A DNA stretch of 64,000 nt, taken from positions 28,086,001 through 28,150,000 of the forward strand of contig OZ024746.1 in assembly GCA_964016885.1 (NCBI GenBank), given 5' to 3'. Each line of letters starts with the position of its first letter. The first letter of the stretch is position 1. A model generated the notes under the pieces. The model saw only the letters and a program-made list of their open reading frames with translations. It was not told the origin of the DNA and searched no databases. The position numbers and the translations under genes are program-made. The DNA is from Eledone cirrhosa. Its lineage: Eukaryota. Positions 42,068-54,524 of the stretch are shown piece by piece.

Positions 42068-42130
42068 CTTAATCTTCACAATTTTTGCACGGCTGACACT
42101 ATGAGAGGTATGCTTCCGCATCAATGTTTT
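42068..42130 (-). CDS. 63-nt internal exon (KTLMRKHTSHSVSRAKIVKIK) of the Q/N-rich gene
   Basis: Strong acceptor TGTTTTGTTTTGTTTTTCTCCAG| and donor AAG|GTAAAT. Phase 0/0, fitting both flanking exons. Confidence 0.75.
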
Positions 42131-43356
42131 CTGGAGAAAAACAAAACAAAACATTCAATTTAGATAATGAAAGAGATTGAGCAGAGTTTGTGTACTTAAC
42201 CCTTCTGTTACTATATTTCTAATGACAGACATTACCTAGGATTTTTCAAATAAACAAAAAGTTGGAGGTGTTTAGCAATATAACTATTAGCTAAATGTGT
42301 TATTAATAAAAATTGAAGAAATCATAAACAAATTTATTTCAAATAACAACACTACAGATATTTAAAAATGGAAAATAAAGGGAAGGGTAAGGGCTTTAGG
42401 TTCACAGAAGAATGGGAGGGAGAAGAGGGATAATGATGGGCTCTAGGCCGAGGGTCAGCGATGTTGGGGCTGTGCCCTGCAGATAAGACCACAAATGTAT
42501 TTTCATTATTAAGCTGGTTGTTGGAACATAACTTAAACGTTCTTATACAAAATCATGATGGTTTAAAAATAAATATAATCATTTTAACCATTCTATTACT
42601 CTATTTCTAGTGGAAGACTGCCTAGAATTTCCAAATAATCAAGAATTTGAAGGCTATGAATAATATAACTAAATCATGCTGGAATGGTTGATAAAGCAGG
42701 TATTGCTGGCTGTCCTTCATGGCAATACTTTGGCTATCTCACCCCCAAGAAACAGCTGACATGTACAGACCAGCTAAAGCTACAGAATTTGGTCCGTTCC
42801 CCCCCCCCCCAACCTGTTTTCCTTTTTTCTTTCCAATATTTATTTAGTTTTTTATTTATTTTCTGTTGAAACAAATACACTGTACATTCTATTAATAAAC
42901 AATCATAGCTATAATAACAATAGAAAGAGACACAAACCTAGTTTATAAATCCCTTCCTCCTACCCCCCCCCCCCCACTCCAGCTACACTAACAATTACAC
43001 TACCTTCCTCTCACCCACCAAGAACTAGCTAGTCACTTTCTCTAATTACATATTTGCCACCACTTAAACATGGCTCTCTCTTTCTCTCTTTCCTCTTAAA
43101 ACACAACAGCTTATAAACATGTGATAGCTGTAGTAAACTTTCTCCAATTAAACAACTAGATGAGTAGGGGAGGAGGGAGCGGAAAAAGAGAGAAAGAGGT
43201 GGAGCGGAAAGGGAAAGAGACAGAGAGACCTGTGTCAGGGTGACATTTTGTTAAATGACAGGAGGTATAAATACATTATATGTGTGTGTGTGTGTGTGCA
43301 CATGTGTTTATATAAATATATATAATATATGTATGAACGCATATATATATATATAT

Positions 43357-43530
43357 ATCATCATCATCATCATCATCTTCGTTTAACGTCCATTTCCTTG
43401 CTAGCATGGGTTAGACGGGAGTTGTCCCACTTGATGCAAGGTTGGTCGTGTGACCGTGTCTCACTCATATAGGACTATCTGGCATGTTTTCTACAGCTGG
43501 ATGCCCTTCCTAACACCAACCACATTTACA
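43357..43530 (-). mobile_element. RTE-type 3'UTR fragment
   Basis: (CAT)n-cgtttaacgtcc...gctggatgcccttcctaacaccaacc. Confidence 0.7.
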
Positions 43531-43865
43531 TATACTACACACACACACACACTCACACACAAATATATTGAATGTCTGATGTTCCAACATGGGGGGGGGG
43601 GTCACAATCAGAGTAGTACTCAATGCATGGGGCAGAGCATAGTGGTTATAAAGGAAGGTATAAACCCACCCTTGACACCTAGCAGTTTCAGCTGGTATGT
43701 GATCCCAAACATGAGGGACATGCCAGCTCAGTCAGTAGCAGTGTGGTGGGTAAGACAATGAAGGCTATCTTGATGGGCAATACAACAGATCTGGTTGACT
43801 CAACAGAGTGGTTGTCATTTATTGAAGTAAGCAGTTGCAGAATGAGAGAAGCAGCCAGGTGAATC

Positions 43866-44207
43866 ATCATCATTTCATCATTTCATTTTACGTCCACTTT
43901 TCCCTGCTTGCAAGGGTGGGACGGGAACTGATGCTGGCTTGATTTCTACAGCTGGATGCCCTTCCTAACACCAACCTCATTTACAGTGAGTGCTGGGTGC
44001 TTTTTTGCCGTGGCACCTCCACGACCACTTTGCCGTGGAATGATATGGACCCCAGTCCCTATCATCTCATTTCTACAGCTGAGTAAACTGGAGCAATGTG
44101 AAATAAAGTGTCTTGCTCAAGGAAACAACACATCACCCGGTCTGAGAATTGAACTCACAACCTTTTTATTGCAAGGCCAATGCTCTAACCACTAAGCCAT
44201 GTGCCTC
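43866..44207 (-). mobile_element. SINE family B copy
   Basis: tRNA-like head (tggcttagtggttagagc ... gagttcaattc), ccttgagcaagacacttt central domain and RTE-like tail. Confidence 0.88.
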
Positions 44208-44271
44208 ATAATGAAAAACTGAATATTTGCTGATGAAGGACTATCTAGTGAGTCACATATTTAGGTACTAC

Positions 44272-44490
44272 ATAATGGCTTCTGATTTAGGCACAAAGCC
44301 AACAATTTGAGGGGATGGAAAGTCAATTATATTGACCCTGGTGCATTACTGGTACTTTATTTCATCGACCACGTAAGGATGAAAGGCAAAGCTAACCTTG
44401 GCGGGATTTGAACTCAGAATGTAAAGGGCCGTAACTCTATGTCGCGGAGCATGTCCGATGCTCTAATGATACTGCCAATCCACTGCCCAC
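44272..44490 (-). mobile_element. SINE family A copy (variant)
   Basis: ctggtactttatt..atcgacc..gtaaggatgaaaggcaaag...gatttgaactcaga. Confidence 0.8.
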
Positions 44491-45150
44491 ATATAATGTT
44501 GTCATACCCAATGACTGGTCTAGTCAGTTAGCTTTATTTCAACAGACAACCCCGGCAAGTCTAAACAACCGCAGTTTGTCTGCCTGACTGCCTGTCTTCC
44601 ATACTTTCAAATATTCTTCTTCTGCCCAAGAATTGCCTCATTCCATTTCACAACTCAACTCTCCCCCTCTCTATCTCTCACACAGAGTTTCTCCCTCTCT
44701 CTTTCTTTTTTCAAGACAATACAGTCAAACCAATACCAAACCTATTTCCTTCCTTCCTTCCCTCAGTTACATTCCACAGTTCTACAACACCTCATATTAC
44801 CAACTACACACACACACATACATACACACATACAGACACACAGGCTTTGATCAATCCCATTAACATAACATGTTGAATGTGCAATGTAAATGTGAAAGGC
44901 AGAGCTTGGATGAACTGAGGGAGAAACGGGGCTTAAGAGGAAGCCAAGGTGATGTGCAGTAGAGGAGACTGCATTGCTACTGACATTGTGATGTGCATGG
45001 ATGATTATCGATGGTGAAGAAGTGCCACGAAATGTCAGTGGAAAGAAGCTACAGTAGAGGTAGACCAAACCTGGCCTGAAGTGGTGAGAGCTAACCTCAC
45101 AGAGGAGATGATGAGGAAACGCACCAAGTGGAGAGATACTGTGCTGATAC

Positions 45151-45489
45151 GGAGGCACATGGCTTAGTGGTTAGAGCATTGGCCTTGCAATCGAAAGGTT
45201 GTGAGTTCAATTTTCAGATCAAGTGATGTGTTGTTTCCTTGAGCAAGACACTTTATTTCACATTGCTCCAGTTTACTCAGCTGTAGAAATGAGATGATAG
45301 GGACTGGGGTCCCTATCATTCCACTGCAAAGTGGTCGTTGAGGTGCCACGGCAAAAAAGCACCCAGCACTCACTGTAAATGAGGTTGGTGTTAGGAAGGG
45401 CATCCAGCTGTAGAAATCATGCCAGAATCAGTTCCCGTCCCACCCTTGCAAGCAGGGAAAAGCGGACGTAAAATGATGATGATGATGAT
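45151..45489 (+). mobile_element. SINE family B copy (full length)
   Basis: ggaggcacatggcttagtggttagagcattgg...gtgagttcaat...ccttgagcaagacactttatttcacattgctccag...acccttgcaagcagggaaaagcggacgtaaaa(tga)n. Confidence 0.9.
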
Positions 45490-46649
45490 ATCCATATGGA
45501 ACACTAATATAGCCAACTCACATAGAATGTACTCTATTATTTTCTAGTTTGGGTTCTTCCCCTGAAGCTATGTACCTCCTGTTTAAACAGCAATCCATAT
45601 GAAACCATCACAAAGTGTTCAACTTTTAATTTTATTTTATTCTTACAATACAGTTAATGTTAGTTTTAATTAACCTATATACTTGTATATAAGCCGTAAT
45701 ATGTGACAAAAATATTAATGGTAAAACAGGAGATTGGCTTCTATTCAATGTCAATGTTCTATTGATTTTGATGATAATGGTAGTGGTGATGATGATGATG
45801 ACATTTTATAATGAACCCATTCAGGTGAAATTACATTAAAACTACAAAAACATGGACAATTCCTCATATTATACAAATTATTTTCTGATAATTCTGTCTT
45901 GTTTTTTTACTCACTTTCTCTTTCTTGCATCCCTCTACCCCCTTTTCTCCCCATTCTATTCTCTCTCTCTCTGTCTCATCCTTCTACACCCTTTCTCTTT
46001 CACCATTCTACTATCTCTCTCTCATTCTTCCCCCGTTTTCTCCTAGCCTTATACTTCTACTCTCTCTTATTTGACACTCCTACATTTCTCCAGTGTCAAA
46101 CCACCACCCTACACCACCCCACTTCCCCCAATCCCACCTTACAACCCCACCCCACTTCAGATATATTTTTTCACCTTTTTCAGTTTCCATAGAAAAAATC
46201 TTACTAAATGACTCCCAATTAGTTAGGTGCCATGCTAAAATGATTCATCACCATCACCATCATGATTGTTATCATCATTTGCATCATTGCTATCACCAAC
46301 ATCAATATCATCATCACCATCATCATCCATTGTCACCACCATCACTATCCTGTCATTACTATCATCATCACCTAAATCAACATCATCAACATCATTCTCT
46401 ATCATCACCATTATCAACTTCATCATCTGTCATCAACATCCTTTTAATTCATCAACATCCTCTGCCATCACTTTGTAAAGTAGTAGTTTGTGCTGATGTC
46501 ACAATAGAATACACTCAGTACACTCTGTAAAGTGGTAGTTTATGCTGATGTCACAATATAATACACCCAGTACACTGTAACATAACTTAATAAAAGATTC
46601 TTATATAATATTTTGATGGAAGGTTTCAATTTAAGTAGGAATTTAAATT

Positions 46650-47530
46650 GGTGGTCTTGTTACATAAAGCCAGAAGTGGTCTTGTTGCATAGAACAAGGG
46701 GTGGTCTTGTTACATAAAGCCAGAGGTGGTCTTGTTGCATAGAACAAGGGGTGGTCTTGTTACATAAAGCCAGAGGTGGTCTTGTTGCATAGAACAAGGG
46801 GTGGTCTTGTTAGATAGAACCACGGGTGGTCTTGTTGCATAGAACAAGGGGTGGTCTTGTTACATATAACAAGGGTGGTCTTGTTACATAAAGCCAGAGA
46901 TGGTCTTGTTGCATAGAACAAGGGGTGGTCTTGTTACATAGAACCACGGGTGGTCTTGTTGCATAGAACAAGGGGTGGTCTTGTTACATATAACAAGGGG
47001 TGGTCTTGTTACATAAAGCCAGAGGTGGTCTTGTTGCATAGAACAAGGGGTGGTCTTGTTACATAGAACCACGGGTGGTCTTGTTGCATAGAACAAGGGG
47101 TGGTCTTGTTACATAGAACCGCGGGTGGTCTTGTTGCATAGAACAAGGGGTGGTCTTGTTAGATAGAACCACGGGTGGTCTTGTTGCATAGAACAAGGGG
47201 TGGTCTTGTTACATAGAACCACGGGTGGTCTTGTTACATATAACAAGGGGTGGTCTTGTTACATAGAACCATGGGTGGTCTTGTTACATATAACAAGGGG
47301 TGGCCTTGTTACATAGAACCAGGGGTGGTCTTGTTACATAGCACCAGGGGTGGTTTTCTTACATAGAACAAGGGGTGATCTTCTTACATAGAACAAGGGG
47401 TGATCTTCTTACATAGAATAAGGGGTGGTCTTCTTACATAGAACAAAGGGTGGCTTTGTTACACAGAACCAGGGGTGGCTTTCTTACTTAGAACCAGGGG
47501 TGTCTTGTACATAGAACCAGGGGTGGTTTA
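46650..47530. repeat. 25-bp minisatellite with alternating variants
   Basis: Units gtggtcttgttgcatagaacaaggg / gtggtcttgttacataaagccagag / ...acatagaaccacgg, about 35 copies. Confidence 0.95.
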
Positions 47531-48279
47531 ATTACAGAACGCCATATCGCACTACATTACTGCATGTGCCACATATACCTCCGCCACACCATGCTGCCAT
47601 ATATATATATATATTTGAAACCAAACTCTTAACATACTGGAACACATTAAACCACATTAGCAAGATATTCATGAAAAGTAAAAACCCTTCCATTATAATT
47701 TTATGCAAAAATGTATTTACTTATTTCGTAATTAGCAAGGAAGGGAAGGTTAGAGGTGATGATGCAGACCCCTTCCCCTAATGACTGGTGAAAGGAAGGG
47801 AGGAAAGAAGGTATCCTTAAACCAGAGAGGTGATTTAAGCAAACTAAAATACAGAAAAAAATAAAGGGGAATTGCCAGAATGTCAGACGAGGTACCTTGT
47901 GGTGTTTCTTCTGATCCTTTTTCCACTGTGACTACTTAGGTAGAAGACTTAATCTGTTACTCAGTTTAACACCACCTCGTGGCCCTTGGGTGGTAGACTT
48001 AATTTGTCATTCAGTTTAACACAACCAAATGGTCCTTGGGGGTCTTTAACAGAGTCCTTTTGTTTGCAAGTATTTGGGCCAGGTTTCCAGTTAAGGATAC
48101 CTTCTCTCTCCCTCTCACCAGCCTTGAAAACCCCAAGATGACCCAAAGAAACCCTCCTTTTCTACCTGACTAAACAACAACAACAAAGGCTGTAAACCCA
48201 TTTTCCTTGTTAAATCAGAGACGAGCCTTGTTGTGGCAGATGGTTTGCTTCATTGAGTTTTTAGTCATCTCATACAACA

Positions 48280-49085
48280 CACAGAGATACTGTGTACCTA
48301 CTGTAAACTGAACATACACAAGGGATACAGTGTACCAAACCAGAAATACAAAGGGATACAGTGTATCTATTCTAAACAAGCTACACACAGGGATACAGTG
48401 TACATATTGTAAACCTGATACACACAGTGATACAGTGTACCTATTCTAAACTGGATATGCACAGGGAGACAGTGTACCTATTGTAAAGTGGACACACACA
48501 GGGATAGTGTAGTTATTGTAAACCAGATACACAGAGGGATACAGTGTAGTTATTGTAAACCAGATACACAGAGGGATACAGTGTAGTTATTGTAAACCAG
48601 ATACACAGAGGGATACAGTGTAGTTACTGTAAACCAGATACACACAGGGATACAGTGTACTTACTGTAAACTAGATAAACAGAGGGATACAGTGTAGTTA
48701 TTGTAAACCAGATACACAGAGGGATACAGTGTACTTACTGTAAACCAGATAAACAGAGGGACACAGTGTACTTATTGTAAACCAGATACACAGAGGGATA
48801 CAGTGTACTTACTGTAAACCAGATAAACAGAGGGATACAGTGTACTTATTGTAAACCAGATACACACAGGGATAGTGTACTTGTAAACTGGACACACACA
48901 CAGATACAGTGTACTTATTGTAAACTGGATACACAGGGGATACAGTGTATCTATTATATACCTGATATACACAGTGGTACAGTGTACCTTTTGTAAACTG
49001 AACATACACAGTGATACATTGTACCTATTATAAATTACATACACACAGGGATACAGTGTACCTATTGTAAACTGAACACACACAA
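48280..49085. repeat. 37-bp minisatellite
   Basis: Unit gggatacagtgtacttattgtaaaccagatacacaga, about 21 copies, homogeneous in the centre and diverged at the edges. Confidence 0.95.
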
Positions 49086-49745
49086 GTGATTATGAAAACA
49101 TGTTAGATTAAATAAACAAGTTAATATATATCCTGTTAGACAGAACTTTGGTGACCAGTTTTAAAAATAATATGTAACAATCACTTCAATGAGAGGCAGA
49201 TGGGAGAGGACTGTGAGAGAGGGAGTGCATTAAATAATTGTTTATTTTTATACAAAGTGTCACTGTTTATATTTTTCATCTTTTATATGCAGTTTATTTC
49301 CTCTGCCAGGGTTGTTTTAGCCAACACTTGCCAATCCTTTCCATCTCTTATGTAAAGTCTACCAATTCTAAAGTGTACCAATTCACTTAATGTGAGAGTA
49401 GATGGTATTAACATCTTTGTACTTGATATCAAAACTATCAGACATTTGTCTGGGAATTGTGCTAACACTATTTTTTAGTCTTTCAAAATGTTTTATTCTC
49501 ATCTAGCAAACAACCATCCTAGATTCCTCCCACACCAAACTATAGTTGTTGTTGTTGTTGTTTAGGTGGTTTGAGAAATAATGGAAAGATCTGATGCAGG
49601 CATTGTCATGATCATCACCATCATCGTCATCACTACTGTTCTTATGCCTGCTTTTCAAATCTAGTTGGATGGGAATCTATGACCAGATGGCCTTCCTCAT
49701 ACCAACTCTAACTTATTTCTAAGTACACACACACATATATATATA

Positions 49746-49944
49746 TAGGAAATTTTTCCAGACCCCGACGGCAGAGCTCAAGCCGTTTCGACGGCTATTT
49801 CTGGACGTCCAGAAATAGCCGCCAAAACGGCTTGAGCTCTGCCATCGGGCTCTTGAACAATTTCCTATTACCCATTCTACTACTCTAAGTATTGAGTACT
49901 CTGGTGCATTATGGCCCACCTGGTTCCTTACCACACTCCCTTCG

Positions 49945-49946
<2 letters not shown>
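49746..49946 (+). mobile_element. Palindromic Penelope pseudo-LTR stub
   Basis: Loopless palindrome 49746-49867 centred on ggac|gtcc, made of the same sequence as 29885-29943, followed by the same tail as 29944-30022. Confidence 0.85.
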
Positions 49947-49975
<29 letters not shown>

Positions 49976-49980
<5 letters not shown>

Positions 49981-50240
49981 TGTTGTTTCCTTGAGCAAGA
50001 CACTTTATTTCACATTGCTCCAGTTTACCTAGCTGTAGAAATGAGATGATAGGGACTGGGGTCCATATCATTCCACTGCAAAGTGGTCGTGGAGGTGCCA
50101 CGACAAAAAAAAGCACCCAGCACTCACTGTAAATGAGGTTGGTGTTAGGAAGGGCATCCACCTGTAGAAATCAAGCCAGAATCAGTTCCCGTCCAACCCT
50201 TGCAAGCAGAGAAAAGCGGACGTAAAATGATGATGATGAT
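49976..50240 (+). mobile_element. SINE family B copy (head truncated)
   Basis: Matches 45225-45489. Confidence 0.85.
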
Positions 50241-50246
50241 ATATAT

Positions 50247-51585
50247 GATCATCATCATCATCATCATCATCGTTTAACGTCCATCTTCCACGCTTGCATG
50301 GGTTTGGACGGGAGGTTTCCCACTTGAGGCAAAATTTGTTGTCCTGCTCGTATAGGACTGTCTGGCAGGTTTTCTACGGCTGGATGCCCTTCCTAACACC
50401 AACCACGTTTACAGTGTGAACTGGGAGGGTTTTACTGTCTTACCTACACGGCCACATTACAGCGTGGACTGTGTGTTTTTTGTCGTGACACCTACACGAC
50501 CTCATTTGTTTCGGACTGGATGTTGTGGTACCAACATAACTTCACATTTAAGAGGTGGTGTGGATGGGGTGGGGGTAGTGGGACGGGGGGGGGGGATATT
50601 TTCTACTGACTGTAGGTTTCACTTTGTACTTAGGCAAGGCGGGTCTTCTGTATTACTATGTAGCGCCAAAGATCTCGGTCCAGTGACATTGTCTTGGAGA
50701 GGTGTAAGTGTGTGAGGTCGGAATTTATCAAGTCGTCCCAGGTTTTTCTGGGTCTGCCTACTCTGTGGCTACTGTCTATTTTTATCGCCCTGCACTTTTT
50801 TATACAGCTGTCGTCTTTCATGCGCATCACGTGACCGTACCAACGTAGTCTTCTCTCGAATAAACAACATCTGATCCCTCTTATTCCTAATTTCTCCCTT
50901 AGTTCGTTTATGCTTTGCCGTTCACGTATATTACTATTACACATCCAGCGGAGCATGCAAGCTTCGTTTTTCTCCAGTCTGCATATATCCTCTGCACACA
51001 ATGCCCAGGTCTCACTGCCATGTAACATTGCTGTTCGTATGCAGACATCATACAGCCTGCTTTCATTTTTAGAGAGAACTCTTTAGCGGCCAATAGTGGT
51101 ATAAGCTCTCTGAACTTTTTCCATCCCGTTCTGACTATAGCTACTGTACTTTCAGAGCACCCTCCTCCACTGCTGATTTTGTCACCCAGGTAACGGAAGG
51201 TGTCCACTATTTCTATAGAACCATCTGTGCAATGGAATGAGCTAGTATTCTGTGGGCACTTGCTGCTACTTATTGCACCAGAGCACAGGCCACATATAAA
51301 ATCTATATTCTTAGTTAGCTTACCTGTGATCCCACTACATCTTTTATGCCCCCATACTTTGCATTTGGGACATAAAATGGAGTTTCTGCCTACTCCTTTC
51401 CTACACACTGAGCATGGCCATTTCCCAGATGGGACCGGTGCCCTATTTTCCTTCCTACAAACTAGAACTTTAGTCTTAGACAAGTTAACTTTAAGGCCTT
51501 TTAATTCTAGGCCATGCTTCCATGTTTGGAATTTCTTCTCTAGTTCAGCCATTGATTCAGCTATGAGCGTTAGATCATCTGCATG
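50247..51585 (-). mobile_element. 5'-truncated RTE LINE (RT C-terminal half, frameshifted, plus 3'UTR)
   Basis: ADDLTLIAES...GLKVNLSKTKV, Cys/His insert, FRYLG, GWKKFRE, MLHGSETW, RLRWYGHVMR, GRPRKTW. One frameshift near 51060; (GAT)n tail. Confidence 0.92.
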
Positions 51586-51609
51586 ATATATATATATATA
51601 GAGAGAGAT

Positions 51610-51900
51610 AAAGATATTGAATGTGTAAAGTGAGAATAGGAAGTAAGTTTAGCAAGAAATTCAAGATATAGGTAGGAATGCATCAGGGTTCAAATTTTAG
51701 CCCACCCATGTTTATCCTATTCCTCCTAGCCAAAATAGGGGAGATGAAGACTGGTAGCTCATGGGAACTTTTGTATGCTAATGATCTGGTCCACTTAGCT
51801 GAATCTGTGGAGGAACTAAATATCAAATTAGCTTTTTATTCCTTTCCATTGAGACATTCAGGCATGTGGTTGATAAAAAACTATCTTTTTTGTATTAGTT
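51610..51900 (+). mobile_element. Degenerate RTE RT fragment
   Basis: VGMHQGS.FSP..F......G..WELLYANDLV.LAESVEEL (QG-S-LSP and YADD-like motifs). Confidence 0.65.
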
Positions 51901-52249
51901 AACGATCCTGAAGGATTCAATACAGAAGAATAAAATGCTACTTCCTTCTGTATTTGAAAGAAATGGGTGTAAATAAATAAAATAATGTATTAAACCTTGG
52001 TTATTTATTTATTCATTCTATTTTTTCCCAATCTTACTCTGGATAATAAAATCACATTTGAGCTTTGAATATCTCTCTGCCTTGTATAGTTGTGTTAATC
52101 TAATCTACGTTATTATTATTATAATAATATCTCCACCTTTATACAATATATATATATATATATGTTTGTGTGTGTGTGTATATGTGTGTGTTTGTACATA
52201 TATATATACAGCTCAAAATGGGAAAAATTTGGATGCTTATCACGTCATT

Positions 52250-54460
52250 TGTTGAAAATGTAAGTAACAATGCAAAATTGGGTTTTTACTCAGTCCTAGA
52301 AGCTATGAAGCAATTTCAATGGTAACACATCCACCACTGCTATTTGTTACTCCAGTCCCACAAACACCATTGATGGTGAAGATGTAATAAACTTGTACCA
52401 AGATCTGATTGAACATGTGAAACACATCCTTAAGCACAATATGATTATAACAACAGGTGATTTTAAGGCTATAATTGGACATGCAGATTCAAAATATTTC
52501 TCTTTTTGTCAAGAAACAAAACAAAACGATCGATACCAACTTGAATTAGTAACAGAATTTGGACTGATAAACCTGAAACTTTAATACAATAAACGATTAG
52601 TGAGGTTATGGACCTTCACATATCCCAATAAATTGAAAGCACAACTGGACTACATTCTAATGAATAAGAAATGGAGAAACAGTGTGTTGAATTTTAAAGT
52701 GTATAACATTTTTGCATCAGTGAATTCTGACCATAGAAGGAGAAATATGATTGGAATAAACTGCTAACAGATGATACTATCAAAATCAAATACACAACTG
52801 AAATCAGAAACCATTTCAATACACTGCAGGCAAACACAGAAGAAAGAAATGCTAATGAAATATATTAAAATATCGTGATTTCCCATAAAAAAGCTACTGA
52901 ACAATCCGTGCCAAAATTCGAGAAGAAAAGGAAACATGTACCATAGGAAAGAGATAAGATTAAAACCAAACATAAAACAAAACAAAAAACAGTTCAAGAA
53001 GCATAAAAAGCATTATTAGAAGACGCAAGTTCAGTAAATAATGATTGTTTCCAAGCAGCCAAACATGATCTTCAGGCTACATATAATAAAGAGCTTACTA
53101 CATATATAAACAACAAAATCAACATCATATCAAATGTAGTACAAAATCAACCATCAAAAATTGTTTGTACAACTGTCAATTAAATTACTGCTAGAAAGAA
53201 TACACCGACATGCAAGATAAAAGCTAGGATGCCAAAAGAATGCATACAAAATGGAAAGACCACTTCCAAAATCTTGGTCAACCACCTGTTATAAGAGAAC
53301 AAAATATCAGACAAGTAGTTGACAGTACATTACCAATTGTTACTGATGATTTCACAAAAATAACTATTGAAGATAATCAAATCCTATAAAAAAAAGCTGC
53401 AGGACTTGATAACATTCCAACCTAGATCAGGAAAACTGAAGCCTTCGTTGATGCATTACTGAAAGTGTGTAATAAAACCTTTCATGGAGTTAAGCCAAAA
53501 TTTTGGAGCAAAAGCAGTATAACTCTGCTGTAAAAAAAAAAAGGTGATCTTAGTGATGTCAAAAATTACCATGGATTAGTCTCAGAATAATATCATCTAA
53601 AATCTACAACAAAATGCTACTCCATAGAATTAAACTTCATTTAGAACTAATACTTCGTATGTGAACCAAAATGGATTTCATTCAAATGTCTCAACAGTGG
53701 GAAAATCCAGGCGCATAGAAAACTCATCGAAGGAGTAAAAGCAAAGAATCTTGCAGCTTTTATCAAAGTCATTGATTTTAGCAAAGCTTTTGATTCCATT
53801 CCTCAAGGAAAACTAAACTAATAGTAGAAGTATATAGAATTACAGAGGCTGCTGAAACAATTGTACGTCACATAAACAATAAGATGATGGAATATATTGC
53901 ATACAACCAGAAACAGGGCGATATTGAGTCATGAAATAGAAATTACCTAAAAATAGTTGAGGATTTTAGGTATCTTGGTTTGTGGATCAACATCCCAGAA
54001 AAAGGCATGAACAATAGAACTAACTTAGCCTGGGTAGTTTCAAACAAAATGGATATCATTTGGAAATCAAACTTGAACACCAAACTAAAGGTTAAGTTCT
54101 TTCGATCAACAGTTGAAAGTGTGTTTGTGTATGGAGCAGAGTGCTGGACACTCACTAAAGAGATGGAAAGACAGTCAGAGATCACATGAAGATGCTGAGG
54201 TAAGTGCAAAATGGATGCTGGAGGGAGAATAGAACAGCTGAGTCTCATGACAGTGCCCTGAGAATAATTATAGACGTCATAAAGCCTAGAAGATTCAATC
54301 TCATAAGTCACGTATGGCCAAGAGACCAGGCAGAGGCATTACATCAGTTGCTATTATGGGAACCCACATAAATCTTAGAAAGAATGAACTTACAGAAGCC
54401 ATGCTGGATAGGAACAAGTGGAGAAGTATAATTATCAACATTGTCTAAGGTAACTCGACA
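52250..54460 (+). mobile_element. Highly degenerate RTE-clade LINE (AP endonuclease + RT, internally deleted)
   Basis: Fragments YSPTN, GDF.A.IG, WTFTYPN..KAQLDYIL.NKKWRNS, SDHR, GLDNIP, KKGDLS, DFSKAFDSI, DFRYLG, STVESVFVYGAECWTLT, with many stops and frameshifts. Confidence 0.8.
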
Positions 54461-54524
54461 TGATGATATATATGTAAAACATATATGTATGTATATATAT
54501 ATATATAAAAAACAAATGTGTATA

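Noticed and set aside
45151-45225. tRNA gene
   Set aside because: tRNA-like A/B boxes form the head of a multi-copy SINE, with no proper acceptor stem.
46650-49085. 25- and 37-bp repeat arrays as CRISPR
   Set aside because: Head-to-tail repeats with no unique spacers, no cas genes and a eukaryotic context.
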